DNA of 63,908 bases, filler included, from Lenisia limosa (Eukaryota; Protista; Breviatea): assembly GCA_001655205.1 (NCBI GenBank). It is 10 parts of 10 records of this genome, joined end to end, with 100 filler letters (N's around TTAATTAATTAA, not from the genome) between each part and the next. Parts side by side here need not be neighbours in the genome. Positions count along the whole stretch, not along the records: positions 5,468 to 28,984 come from LPNZ01010349.1; 9 more parts are not named here. One strand, given 5' to 3'. Of the stretch, positions 11,501 to 23,495 are shown piece by piece (position 1 is the stretch's first letter; each line of letters starts with the position of its first letter). The notes beneath the pieces are model-generated. The model was not told the origin of the DNA. It was given only the letters and a program-made list of their open reading frames with translations, and did not search any database. Position numbers and translations under genes: made by a program.

Positions 11501-13521
11501 GCGAAGACTCCAGGCATGAAGTCCCTTCGGATCTCCTGGTAATCGAAATTGTCCGTGAAGAGCGTGATCACCTAAGCGTGTCAGGGAACATGAAATGAAA
11601 GGTTCTGCCTGGTCACGCTCTCATGTTTTCATCATCAAAAAACAGAGATGCAAGTAGAGTTCATAACCAGGCTTCAATTAGGCCATCAGAAAGAAAAACC
11701 GAATTTTAGCGAAACATAGTGAAATTACATTTCGTCACAGCTAGCGCTTCCTTATGGTCCCAAAAAAAAGACTGAAATACTCGAAAAATCCTCGATAAAT
11801 ATCGATATTTGACCTGTCTTTTTCGGAACGTAGGGAAGCCCTAGTCATAGCCCCGCGCACTTCAAGAGAACAGAGGTCAACTCGCGTGTCAATTAGGTCG
11901 GATCGGATTTCAAGTCCCCCAGGATGTGAGTCCAACAGATCGCGCGACAACGAAACGCCTGATGCCTTCATCTCGGGCAAAATCTAAAGATGGCATAAAG
12001 GCAAAATCTAAAGATGATATGATAAAGTACATATGTTTTGTGCTTGCTATTGTCTTTTGACATCCCTTCTCCCACCTCAACAATTTCATTTGTTAGAGGG
12101 TCAATAACAATATGAGAGGTATCACGAGTCCTGAGAGGGGGGTAAAACAATACGAAAGTGAATACGGCAATGAACTGAATATGAACTCAAACTACAATGA
12201 ACTGAATATGAACTCATCAAAAAGAATACTACAATAAACTGAATATGAACTCATCAAAAAGAATACTACAATAAACTGAATATGAACTCATCAAAAAGAA
12301 AACTACAATAAACAGAATATGAACTCAAACTACAATAAACTGAATATGAACTCAAACTACAATAAACTGAATCTGAACTCAAACTACAATAAACTGAATA
12401 TGAACTCATCAACTTATGAGTGGGTAATTTTTCGGAAGGGTAGCGGTAAGGTTTTGGAATCGCAAAGGTTACAACAAAGACACTCAGAAACCTACATTGG
12501 GTCCGATGCTGGCAGGGAGTTTTGGTAGAGAGTGGTCATGAGAACGTCCTGGTTTTCCCTGTGCTGGGCCCTGGGGAAGCAAGGTAAGATTTGAATGTAG
12601 TAAGGCAGAAGTAGGAAAGAAACGGAATAAAAAGCCCCACGCCAAAAGTAATATGATTGGATAATACTCCAATGAACTAAAGGAACCTTACCTAAAGTCA
12701 CGCATGAGACCGCTCATGTTGATGTTTGACACAATCGGAGACGACACCAGGTAGAATGTGTCTTCAATGACTTGGGCCTTCTCAATATCCCTGGAGGGGT
12801 AAGAGGGGAAAGCCTTCCACTAAGGAGGATGTGATGAGTTGCGAAATGAATAGTATTATTACTCTCAAGAACTGGACACCCCGTACCTCAAAGCGTCGCC
12901 AACAGAGAAGACGGAAGGATTGCAAAGGAACTTCAATGCCATTGAGGCGTTGCTCCACCGAGAACCCCTATCGCGTTAATAAAAAGAAAAAAAAAAANNN
13001 NNNNNNNNNNNNNNNNNNNNNNNNNNNNNNNNNNNNNNNNNNNNNNNNNNNNNNNNNNNNNCTCGGTCCACAACACCATAAACACCAGGGGGACTATTCA
13101 AGATTGTTCCACTCAGCAACAACAACAAAAAAATCAACAGGACATATGGTGCAGGCCAATGTGCAGCCCCTTCCCTCCCAAATAAAAAAACTCCACACTC
13201 CACACCCATAATTAATCACTTCCCATGCGTACTCTTTCCACTTTTTCAGCTGATCAACGTGTTTTGAAGCATAAATGTAAACCTCATCAACACCAGAAAT
13301 ATCAAGGCATTCAAGCGTGTACTCGATCAAGGGGATATTTGCAAGAGGAAGGAGAAGCTACAGAGTAGTTATAAAATAAATAAAATTGAACTAACTCTGC
13401 TAGTGGAGTCTGTGAGAGGGGCAAAGTCATCGGTGAAGCCGTCAGCAAGGATGACCGCTTGAACAACTTCCTTCTTGGTGGCAACATCGCCCTTTCCTTT
13501 TCCAGCCTTTTGCTTGACCAT
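8573..13521 (-). CDS. EIF2B5: Translation initiation factor eIF2B epsilon subunit (NT-like domain, LbH repeats, W2 domain)
   Basis: MVKQK...VQAVILADGFTDDFAPLTDSTSR, IEYTLECLDISGVDEVYIYASKHVDQLKKW, hexapeptide-like CSIGPNVKL and VTIAADVVLPEGSRI, DIVGVDGVGRSW, W2 end KFLQLFYEAD...EESILAW...AFLTWLKEAEEESDSE, terminal exon ESSEEESSEESSGEESD* (stop 8573-8575). Confidence 0.93.
10048..10247. repeat. 29-bp intronic tandem repeat containing a 3' splice site (spans a gap)
   Basis: cacgatactagggtctgaggggtcaaata, at least 4 visible copies. Confidence 0.9.
10890..11000. repeat. 28-bp intronic minisatellite, ~4 copies
   Basis: atgaatctggtcatgttgttctgcattc repeated with variants. Confidence 0.8.
11743..11842. 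mobile_element. MITE family A, full-length (100 bp), in an eIF2B epsilon intron
   Basis: agcgcttccttatggtcc...gaacgtagggaagccct; flanks cgtcacagct / agtcatagcc (eroded TSD). Confidence 0.85.
12165..12413. repeat. 27/39-bp intronic minisatellite, ~7-8 copies
   Basis: actgaatatgaactcaaactacaataa units, some with a tcaaaaagaat insertion. Confidence 0.9.
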
Positions 13522-13875
13522 TATTAGACACTAACACTCTAATTAACCGTAACTAAAGAACAGCGCAGAGACTTTCTTCCCTTTTTAGTCCGGTATATCA
13601 CTTACTTAGTGTAATTAATGAAGTCCTAAAGAATAAAAGAGCAAATTCTCGACGAAAAAATCAATTATTTATAGAAGTTATATGCAGTACATCCCCAGAT
13701 TTTATTTATATAAAACCTTGGGATGCGTGGGTGCTGCTGAGCCGACTATACAATATATAACGGAATAGAGGGAGATATTAGATAACATAATAGTATAATA
13801 ATAGAAAAAAAGTAGTAGTAGTGGACTTGAAAAGTTTTGCGAGGAGTCGAGTGCTCGCCACCAGCCCTTTTAATA
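13522..13875. promoter_or_regulatory. Probable bidirectional promoter between eIF2B epsilon and GGPP synthase
   Basis: ~350-bp AT-rich interval between divergent start codons; no specific motif assigned. Confidence 0.5.
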
Positions 13876-16596
13876 ATGAGTGACAACGATGGGGAAAGGT
13901 GAGCTTTGGTGTAAATAATAGAGTTGAGGAGGTGGAGTGGTGATGCTTCCTCTGCAACACCCGTAATCAGGAGATTGAATTTGGTTTCATCGGCTGTTTT
14001 AATATCCCATTATCTGTCATTTTCTGAGATTCATTGTTACAATCAAGGGGAATCTCTCCCACCCCGAGCGACCATGTGATTGACCATTTGCCGCAAGAGG
14101 TTTGGGGGGGATGTTCTCACTCTCTGCAGAGTTTTTGTCATATTTCCACGTTGGTCTTCTCCATTAGTCTCACCGCCTTCAGGAGCTGATGGAGCCCTAC
14201 GACTATTTAGTGAACCAAAAAGGCAAGGAAATTAGACGGACGTTGATCCGAGCCTTCAACCTTTGGTAGGTCAGGGCAATACTCTTCACTTCTCCATTGG
14301 GCTAAAGTGAGTGCTGCATCTATATTTGTTATACTAAGACCCCACATTCCACGTATCATTGCCCAGGCTGAACGTTCCGGATGACAAATGTGACACCATA
14401 TCTGACATTATCCGAAAGCTGCATAATGCCAGCTTGCTGATTGATGATATCGAAGATGGGTCGTCTTTGCGTCGAGGCGCTCCATCTGCACACATCAGTA
14501 TAAGGGGTTCCCAATAACCCCGATAGATAGTGTGTGGCCATTCTTTTTGAAACCTGAAGCAAGTTGAGGCATTGTGTACTTGAAAGTGTTTTTGAGGCGC
14601 TTGGGTATTTTCTTATTGAGTAATAACAACTCAGTCTATGGTGTGCCTGCTACATTGAATTGCGGAAATTACGTCTACTTCACAGCTATGAGGTATGATG
14701 AATGGTTGGGGAAGACATAGAGATTATTTCAGTGTTTTTATGTAGGTGTACTTAGTTTAATACAATGAGCGTAACTGTCACAAGTCTCACCACCTCAGGG
14801 ATTGCCACGAATTAGATCCCGGAGATTGCGTCAAGATCTTCCTTGGTAAGCCTTTCAACTTCCATTAGACGAAATACTGGTCAATTCAGATTTATTTTCC
14901 CCCAATCTTTTTTTTGGGATTTTATCAACATCACTAAATGCTCCTGTAATGGGGCTAATGCAATATCAACATCACTAAATGCTCCTGTAATGGGGCTAAT
15001 GCAATAAGATACTACTATCGATACATGTATGATATGGTATATCATATGATACATACATATGATATGGTTTGATTTTGGATGTATACATCTTCTTATCACT
15101 TGCAGAGGAAATGCTGTTCCTCCATCGGGGACAAGGACAGGATATTCTGTGGAGGGAGAAACTCATTTGCCCCTCAGAGCCAGAGTACAAGCAAATGGTC
15201 ATGGATAGTATGCTGGAGAATGTATACTAGGAAGAAATGAACACTTTGATGTAACTTTCAAAAATCACAATAGTTACTTGTTGCAGAAACAGGAGGACTG
15301 TTCCGTTTGGCGGTTCGAATGATGCAGGTCTTTTCCACTAATACTGAGTATGGGGAAGGCTGCTGTCCTATCTCAAAGAATTGTTTGTAATCACAGTTTT
15401 TTTTTTGAATTTTTCTTTTATTATGATGGGGGTGAGTTTTGGTTTTGGTTTATTTTCAATGAGAAGTTTGAAATAATTTAACACCCCAGTGACTTTATCC
15501 CCCTTGTCAACGACCTTGGTCTTTTCTTCCAGGTTTGTGAGAGAGTATTGAGGCGATTGGGTTGAGCTAATCCGAAGGGCAATATTGATTCAGGGTTATT
15601 GTATATTGTATGATATCATATGATATGGTATCTATGCTTCTACAAAGGAATATTGTTCTCCATTTGAAACAATTTTAAGTAAACTCATGTATCAATTTGG
15701 ATTCAGTCTTTGTCAGCTTATCGATTACCAATAAGATTCGTGATGATTTCTTCAATCTGATGTCAAAAGAGTACTTTGACCATAAGGTGAGTTAACAACC
15801 CGACTCAATCGGACTTATCATTGGTTTTTCTGTATTCAATTCATACTAAAGGAATTGCTGCTCGGTACTTCTATTTCTCCTATTTTTAGGGACTCATTAT
15901 GGAAGAAGTGAAATATTGATATCCATGGCTTTTTTGACCAAAACAGACGTACTGTGAGGATATTACTGAGGGCAAGTTCTCCTACCCCATCATCCACTCC
16001 ATCAAGTCAAACCCTAAAGACTCGCGATTATTCAGTGGGCAAAGGGTACTTACCATTTATGATAAAGTAATGCAAAATGTGCTTTAGATAGAACATAAAA
16101 TTCCCTCAAAAAATAAGCTGCAACTTAGTTTTGTTGCTTCAATGACTCTTCAGACATTCTGAAGCGCAAGACTGATGACATTGACGTCAAGAAGTATTGT
16201 ATTACTTACATGCACTCCACTGGTTGGTTTGAATGGCATCTTAGATGTGTTTCTTGGCAGTAAATAGAAACCTTAGAGTCAAAAAGGTGACTTTACCAAG
16301 TTGGATCTGACTTCACAGGGTCTTTTGAATACACGCGTAAGGTGCTAATTGATCTGGAGACAACCATCAGAAATAGAATCCAGGTGTGATTAGGCTTACG
16401 GGGGTTTATCAACAATTTCAGCCCTTTTATCTTTACTAAAGTGAAGGACTAGGGCAATACATTATATCAATACATGCTCATTGTTATTCTGTCATTTAAA
16501 TGTACCTGTCGGAGATTGACTCACTAGGCTCTTGGAGGTAATTCCACGCTTGAAAATCTACTGAATTCTCTGTCGGTGGTAAAGGTTGACGAATAG
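13876..16596 (+). CDS. GGPS1: Geranylgeranyl diphosphate synthase (GGPS1/BTS1-type trans-prenyltransferase); start approximate
   Basis: [53 protein letters not shown] (first Asp-rich motif), [45 protein letters not shown] (second motif), [10 protein letters not shown], last exon [22 protein letters not shown] (TAG 16594-16596). Confidence 0.93.
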
Positions 16597-17060
16597 GTTA
16601 TGGTGGTGTTAGGTATTCTTTCTTTCTTCTTTCTTGGCTTAAATTAAACTCTTTCATGATGTCCCATTTGAAGATATCCTCCGACAAGCCAAGGACTTGT
16701 ATGGGAAGCTTTATGTAGTATATACTCACTCAAAAGTACAACTTTAACTCGATAACATCCTCCAAGGCGTAGTGGGCACAACCTGTGGGTGTATGGCGTA
16801 TGGCACGTGTATTATGGGTGTGTGTGTGTGTGGCGGGTCAAAGGGGTGAGGGCAGGTGAAAGATCTTGTAGTAGTTTGCCCATTGGTTTCATGAAATCAC
16901 ATTAATGAATATCAATAAGAAGTCCATCCACGATATTTTGAGATTTTTTCGATTTTCATTTTCTTCACATCGCATGACATTTTATTAATACATCAATACA
17001 TATGTCATTGTAGTGGAGAGTTAGTTAAACGAACAATTCTAAACCTCCAAGACTCTCAAT

Positions 17061-20000
17061 ATGGCTCTTCTAGCCAAGGTTATCACAGATTATACACCAG
17101 ATAAAGATGATGGTATCCCTTTAAAGGCCGGAAAGGAAGTCATTATTCATGAACAACCTCAAGGGGCCTTCTGGAGAGGAGAATCAGGCGGTGAATGTGG
17201 TCTTTTCCCAGGTTTGACACTATTCTCCAAGGCTGTTTCCTATTTTGTGCCCAAGGTTGGCCTCTAACCTTTTTCCAGCCAGCCACGTATCCGTTGTTGA
17301 CCCTCGCTGGGAGACTAAGGAAGAAACAGAGAAAGGTTGGGTGAGAGAAGACCTTCAGTTGGAATTCCTTCTAATGTACAGTTTTCGCAATGATCATTGT
17401 GTGTCACTTTTCGCATTTGATTGGACTGTATTTGCTTCAACATAGATGAGGAATCGCCTTAAACATTTTTATTGTTATTGATACTTAAAATGGAGCTTCT
17501 TATTAAAAAATGTTAATCTCTATTTGTGTATTCCCCGATTTCAGTATAATTTGGGCTTGAATTACTTTACCTAGAGCAATACCCGAACGCTGCGCGATTC
17601 TTCGCCTACGCCTCATATGCGGTCATTATGGTGGGTGTGGATATGGATGGTTGACAGGGTACTTGATAAACCGGCAATTAGGTTGAGATAACAGAGTAAA
17701 ACTCTTTCAGGTATTATTTGTTCTCTGGATTGTTGATATGAATTATGATGGCATGTACTTTTCTTATCTTCAAAGAACCACATTGGCGGCACCCCTCCCC
17801 TCTTTGCCTTAGACTGCATTGCAGACTACACCATCAAGCCAGAAATGCCGGTCAAGGCNNNNNNNNNNNNNNNNNNNNNNNNNNNNNNNNNNNNNNNNNN
17901 NNNNNNNNNNNNNNNNNNNNNNNNNNNNNNNNNNNNNNNNNNNNNNNNNNNNNNNNNNNNNNNNNNNNNNNNNNNNNNNNNNNNNNNNNNNNNNNNNNNN
18001 NNNNNNNNNNNNNNNNNNNNNNNNNNNNNNNNNNNNNNNNNNNNNNNNNNNNNNNNNNGTTCAGAAGTGAAAGAGATGTCGAAAGTGAACGAGGATGACG
18101 TTGCTGGTGTTGATGATGACATCGCTTCACAGTCTTCCTCCCAGGTCTGGGGAAGGGGAGGTGAACAGTTATAGAACTTTCGAGTGACCACCCAGGTATC
18201 AGCGCAGACCCTTGACCCCCCTCTGAACGGTTTCGCGGTCTATGATTACGCCCCGCAGGTAGTCATGGTTGAGGAAATTATTAATAATACCTGGGGTATT
18301 GAGTGCTCTGTTCTATGTCATCCTCACTGCATTAGGGCGATGATGAGGTTGCGCTTTCCGTGGACGAGGATGTCAAGATCCTGTTGATCCGCTCCGATGG
18401 TACGTACACAGCTGCTCTGTTCTCATAAATCACCTTGGACCAGAAAGAAACAGTTTAATCGATTTTTTATTCTATTCATTTTAGAAACGAAGCGAAGCGT
18501 TAATATGGAGTTGATAGCCTATCTACATAAAATCTAATTTTCCACATTAGATTTCAGTTTTTTTGGACTTTTTGAACGATGGGCAAGGCCTTATTCTGCA
18601 CCCCACTTCGTCTTAACAGCACCCAGGATGGTGTGTTGTCCGTCTCGATAGCGGAGAAGAGGGACTGGCCCCTAAGTCCTACATTCAGCTCGAAGTAGGT
18701 TTCACAGTGCAAGCCTCTTATGATTTCCTATATCATATGATAAGATAGCTTGGCCCTATATCATATGATAAGATAAGATAGCTTGGCCATGATTGTTTTA
18801 CTGGATTTAGGACTCAGACGCAGCCGCCCTGGAGGAAGCTGATCGGATCAAAACGTCCCTTGCCAAGGTGGGGGACATGATAAAATGACTTCTCTACTTT
18901 GCTAACTGATTGACCTATCTCACCCCCAGGTTTCGCTTATCAAGCTGAACCGAGCCACCATCGACCGTCTTGCCCCGAAGGAGAAGCTTCAGCCGCAGCC
19001 GGAACCGACAGCCCGGGCCGGCGTACCCATGAGTCAGCACAAGGAGGAGATGGAAGAGAACAGAAGGAAGCGCGAAGAGGCCAAGAGGGTAGGGGATGAT
19101 ACTTTGGGATATGGATGAAGGACTTTTCTTATGGCATTTCAGCAAGCCCTCGAGAACAAAGAGATCCGAAAGATCAACGAGGCTGAAGCCGAACTTACCA
19201 GACAGGTGCGAGGAGGTGCTCTTTTTGGATTTGGAAAAAAACAAACTTTAACCAAAGTGCTTCCTTGTTTTGTTCCCTTGTTTGTTGGAGTTTTCCCTGT
19301 TACCACCAGATCCTATAATATGCACCTGAAAAAAACAGCCAATCCTTGTGGGAGTGTTTCACAGTTGTAGGCGCTTTTGGCTGAGGCTGCCGAGGCTGAG
19401 AGACTGCAGTATGAAGAAGAGCATATTCGTGAACTTCTGAGAATCGAAGAGGAGAAAGAGGTGTGGGGTGGGAGGTGTTTTATTATTATTGCCGTTAAGG
19501 ATATACGCACGATGCAGAACCAGACTACTTTTTGTGAGTTGTTTTGCTTTATAGTTCAGGCCATGTCCTTGAGGCGCTTCAACCAGCCCGCTCCCAAGTG
19601 GAAGGTTCCCGAAAACAGAATAAAGTGCGGGGGTTACCTGGGCTTCTCAGCATGAAAAGACTTAGAAGTAAATCAAATGCTATGGGGCACCGTCATCCCG
19701 TACTCTCTCATACTCTATTTTTGTCACATTTTAGGAAGACCACCCGTCTGGCCAAGGAGTCTGGGAGAACGGCCAAAACCATGGTGTGTAAGATGAAAAG
19801 AGATCTTCATAATGGGTCCTTAGATGAAAAGAGATCTTCATTATGGGTCCTTAGATGAAAAGAGATCTTCATTATGGCTTAGATGAAAAGAGATCTTCAT
19901 TATGGGTCCTTAGATGAAAAGAGGTTCATGATGGGTCCTGAGATCAAAAGAGATCTTCATTATGTGCCGTTCTCATTTCGCAGGCGGACAGAAGGGAGGA

Positions 20001-23000
20001 CGACCGACGATCCAGCATAAGAAAAAGCTCAATGTCTGTTCTATTGATGAGGGTCATCTTCTCATATTCCAAGACAAATCTATATTACATAAGGCATAGT
20101 GAATATATGACGTGACAGTGACCATGCAGGCGTCTTCGAGAATCTCGAGTGCAACAGTCCGGCTCAAGTCAGGTCAATGCAGTTACTGCCGAGACTGTAA
20201 GAAGCGACTCTCTTCTTTCGGCCAGTGGGAGAGGGGGGCAAGCAATTGAATTTCATGGGACCATAGGGAAGCTCTGATAGTATGATGATCAAAAATCGAC
20301 TTACTTTCATATGACCTTTTGACAACCCCTTGGCTGCAGTTGGGGGAATCTGTGTTGACAGCTTAGTTGAGGGCTACCTGTCGAAGTCCCAGATGTTCGG
20401 TGCCATGTCGCAACGTGACGCTGTATATGACGCCACCGCCACTCGGTGCTCACTGTACGCTTTGCCATCTTACCAAACTATGATATACGACGGCTTATGC
20501 TACCGCATTTCCTCATCAGTCTGACGAGTTAGGGACTCGCGCAGTGACGTCAAAGCCCTGCAGTCGCCCCTCAGAGTCAAGGGTGGGCTGCTTTGAGAAC
20601 CAAAATGTTGATATTAGGCCTGACTTGGGATCTGTTTTTATTGATATCAGGCCTGACTTGGGCTCTGCTTTTTTTTATATTAGGCCTGACTTTTTTTTTC
20701 ATTTTCAATTATTATGCCCCCCCCCCCCCCNNNNNNNNNNNNNNNNNNNNNNNNNNNNNNNNNNNNNNNNNNNNNNNNNNNNNNNNNNNNNNNNNNNNNN
20801 NNNNNNNNNNNNNNNNNNNNNNNNNNNNNNNNNNNNNNNNNNNNNNNNNNNNNNNNNNNNNNNNNNNNNNNNNNNNNNNNNNNNNNNNNNNNNNTTGGAT
20901 GCCCTTGCTTCTCACCTTTCAGCCCAAGAGCAGCGACAGCATGAAAAAGAGAACCCACAAGAACGCGTGCCCTCCCCCAGGAAAATGGGTGCGCTCTATT
21001 AGACATGCCTCTTTGCTCCCCACCCGTCTGACATTGCAGCGCTGTCGACATCCGATTTGGTTGGCTCAGGCGCGCAATGGGCCAAATTGGCCGCATCCGT
21101 CAACAGCCCCAAGAAAGTACGCTCCTTTCGGTTTTATTACGTTTCACTACAATAACTCTTTTGTATCCCACTACTTGACTGTTTGACCCCCCCCCCCTCN
21201 NNNNNNNNNNNNNNNNNNNNNNNNNNNNNNNNNNNNNNNNNNNNNNNNNNNNNNNNNNNNNNNNNNNNNNNNNNNNNNNNNNNNNNNNNNNNNNNNNNNN
21301 NNNNNNNNNNNNNNNNNNNNNNNNNNNNNNNNNNNNNNNNNNNNNNNNNNNNGAGAGATGAGGTCGTCAACAGGAAGAAGGAGGAGAAAGCCTACTTCAT
21401 CAACAGCCCTGTCAAGGTGGGGTTCAGATTATATCTTGGCAATGTTATGGTGTTTGGTGGAAGCCGTAATGACCCTCCAGGCTGAGCGCGAACGCGAAGC
21501 TGAGCGTAAACGCCAAGAGGCACGTGAACGTGAGGTGTCAAGTGCGGCCGAGGGCGTATCTCAGAGGTGCGGCCAGGGCTGGCTTAGTCTCCCAAATGGA
21601 TGACAGTTTTCGATTCTAATTATGACAGACTATACACCTTCTCTGAGGAGGGGGCACAGAGGCGACAGGAAATTGAAACGCAGAAGATCATGAGATCAAG
21701 GCCTTCTTCAGGTGGGCGAGGGGATGTGATGGTGATGTTGCCGTCACCACATGCAAGAGTTGGCAATCTACTCACGATAATCATTGACACTTTGGTCAGC
21801 AGCTTACCCTCCAGCATGTCCGTCAGAAATGTCCTTCAGCAGCCGAGTGTCCACCCGGGCCGAGTCCGTTTCAGAACGGTGGGAGGGGAGGGGGGGGGGG
21901 NNNNNNNNNNNNNNNNNNNNNNNNNNNNNNNNNNNNNNNNNNNNNNNNNNNNNNNNNNNNNNNNNNNNNNNNNNNNNNNNNNNNNNNNNNNNNNNNNNNN
22001 NNNNNNNTGTTACCATGTTCCTCTTTTTGCAATTGGAAATATTTGGCAGTTTTTACAATTGTTTACGTGTATAACCGTGGTAGGCTATTTTCCTCCCCCA
22101 CACGTTCACTGTCCGGTTCTGGTTCGAGAAAGCAGGAGGTGGGACAATGGAGGGTTGAAGATGGGCAAATGTGAATTATTTGCACACCGTCACGTGACAA
22201 CATTATTAATAGTGGATTAAAAATGTATCTCTATAATTTTATAAATATTTTGTTGCTATCAACGTACTCATGAACAGGTTGAGGCACAGCTCCAGGCCGA
22301 GGAAGAAAAAAGACGTCCATCCAGCGCGTCGCCCAAGACCAGCCGTCTCCGGTCCGCTGCTAAGGCTGCGCTGGCCTTCAGGAAATTCGCTGTATGGGGG
22401 GTCTAAGCTTTTATTGTGGAATTCAAGTACTGGTTGATAGTTGGATCTACCTGACCCTTTAGGCTTCTCCGAACAAGCCAGTCACTATTCTTGAGGACGA
22501 CGACGTACCCGACAGGCCGTCTCCGTCAGCCCTCCAGTGGGTCGCGGTCAACTCTTATTGAGCTCTTTTCAATACCCCCCCCCCTTTTTTTTTTTCTGTT
22601 CATTCACATTCAAATATCTTTTGCCAAAATTTCAACCATTGAGTATAACGCGACTGACCTGGGCTTTGTTTGTTTTGTTATCAACCCTCGTGTGTTGTCA
22701 GCCATCAGAGTTGATTGGGCTCTTTTTGTTTCATATATTTTCCTATTTTACTCCCCTCGCTACCTTGCACCACAACCTTACCGCTCAGAACGCCTGTGAA
22801 GACCCGGACGCCACAGACGGCACCTTCACCTATCAGGCCCAGGTCGCTCTTCGACGCAGTACAGGCCGCTACCGCCGTCGAGAAGAAGGCTCTTGCTGAC
22901 GCCGAGGCCCGGAGAGAGGAAATGCACAAGGAAGCTGGGGAAGAGAAGAAGGAAGAAATTGTTGTGGAAGAAGAGAAGAAGGAAGAGGTTGTTGTGGAAG

Positions 23001-23337
23001 AGAAGAAGGAAGAAATTGTTGTAGAAGAAGAGAAGAAGGAAGANNNNNNNNNNNNNNNNNNNNNNNNNNNNNNNNNNNNNNNNTAGAGAAGAAGGAAGAA
23101 ATTGTTGTAGAAGAAGAGAAGAAGGAAGAAGTTGTTGTGGAAGAGAAGAAGGAAGAAATTGTTGTGGAAGAGAAGAAGGAAGAGGTTGTTGTGGAAGAGA
23201 AGGAAGAAATTGTTGTGGAAGAGAAGGAAGGTGAAGAAGCAGTTGAAGTGATTGAGGAAGACGAATTGATTGTGACTGAGGAGGAAATTCTTTCAGAGGA
23301 GAGGATGGTCGAAGAAGTTGTTGAAGGTTCAACTTAA
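17061..23337 (+). CDS. Multi-SH3 adaptor-like protein with coiled coil, possible PH domain and Glu/Lys/Val-rich repetitive C-terminus
   Basis: SH3 #1 AKVITDYTPDKDDGIPLKAGKEV...FWRGESGGECGLFP-ASHV; possible SH3 start CIADYT before a gap; another SH3 FAVYDYAPQ-GDDEVALSVDEDVKIL...PGWCVVRLDSGEEGLAPKSYI; E/R-rich helices; EGYLSK and LDALASHL could bracket a PH domain (weak); final exon (EEKKEEIVV)n...EEVVEGST*. Confidence 0.75.
19791..19965. repeat. 31-bp intronic minisatellite, ~6 copies
   Basis: agatgaaaagagatcttcattatgggtcctt repeated. Confidence 0.9.
20609..20700. repeat. 33-bp intronic tandem repeat, ~3 copies
   Basis: atattaggcctgacttggg(a/c)tctg units at 20611, 20644, 20677. Confidence 0.8.
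22650..22730 (+). repeat. Intronic dispersed repeat family B, copy 3
   Basis: gcgactgacctgggctttgtttgttttgttatcaaccctcgtgtgttgtcagccatcagagttgattgggct. Confidence 0.85.
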
Positions 23338-23495
23338 GTGTTTAACTTCATGTTATTTATTGCTCTATTTTCAATGTGCATCAATTTACCACTTTTTTTG
23401 ATATTATAACTCATAGCCAAGCAGTAGTGTACAAGAATACATTTGAGGCCGCACTGCCATTAAATACCTGACAATATCAAAAAAACGTCTCAAAA

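Noticed and set aside
12165-12413. Regular short repeats (also 6186-6312 and 19791-19965) as possible CRISPR arrays
   Set aside because: Head-to-tail units with no unique spacers, inside spliceosomal introns, and no cas genes.
19590-20460. Possible FYVE/zinc finger in the SH3 gene (KWKVPENRIKC, YCRDCKKR, CRSPRC)
   Set aside because: No RRHHCR motif; the Cys-rich readings come from frames that conflict with the phase-compatible exon chain.
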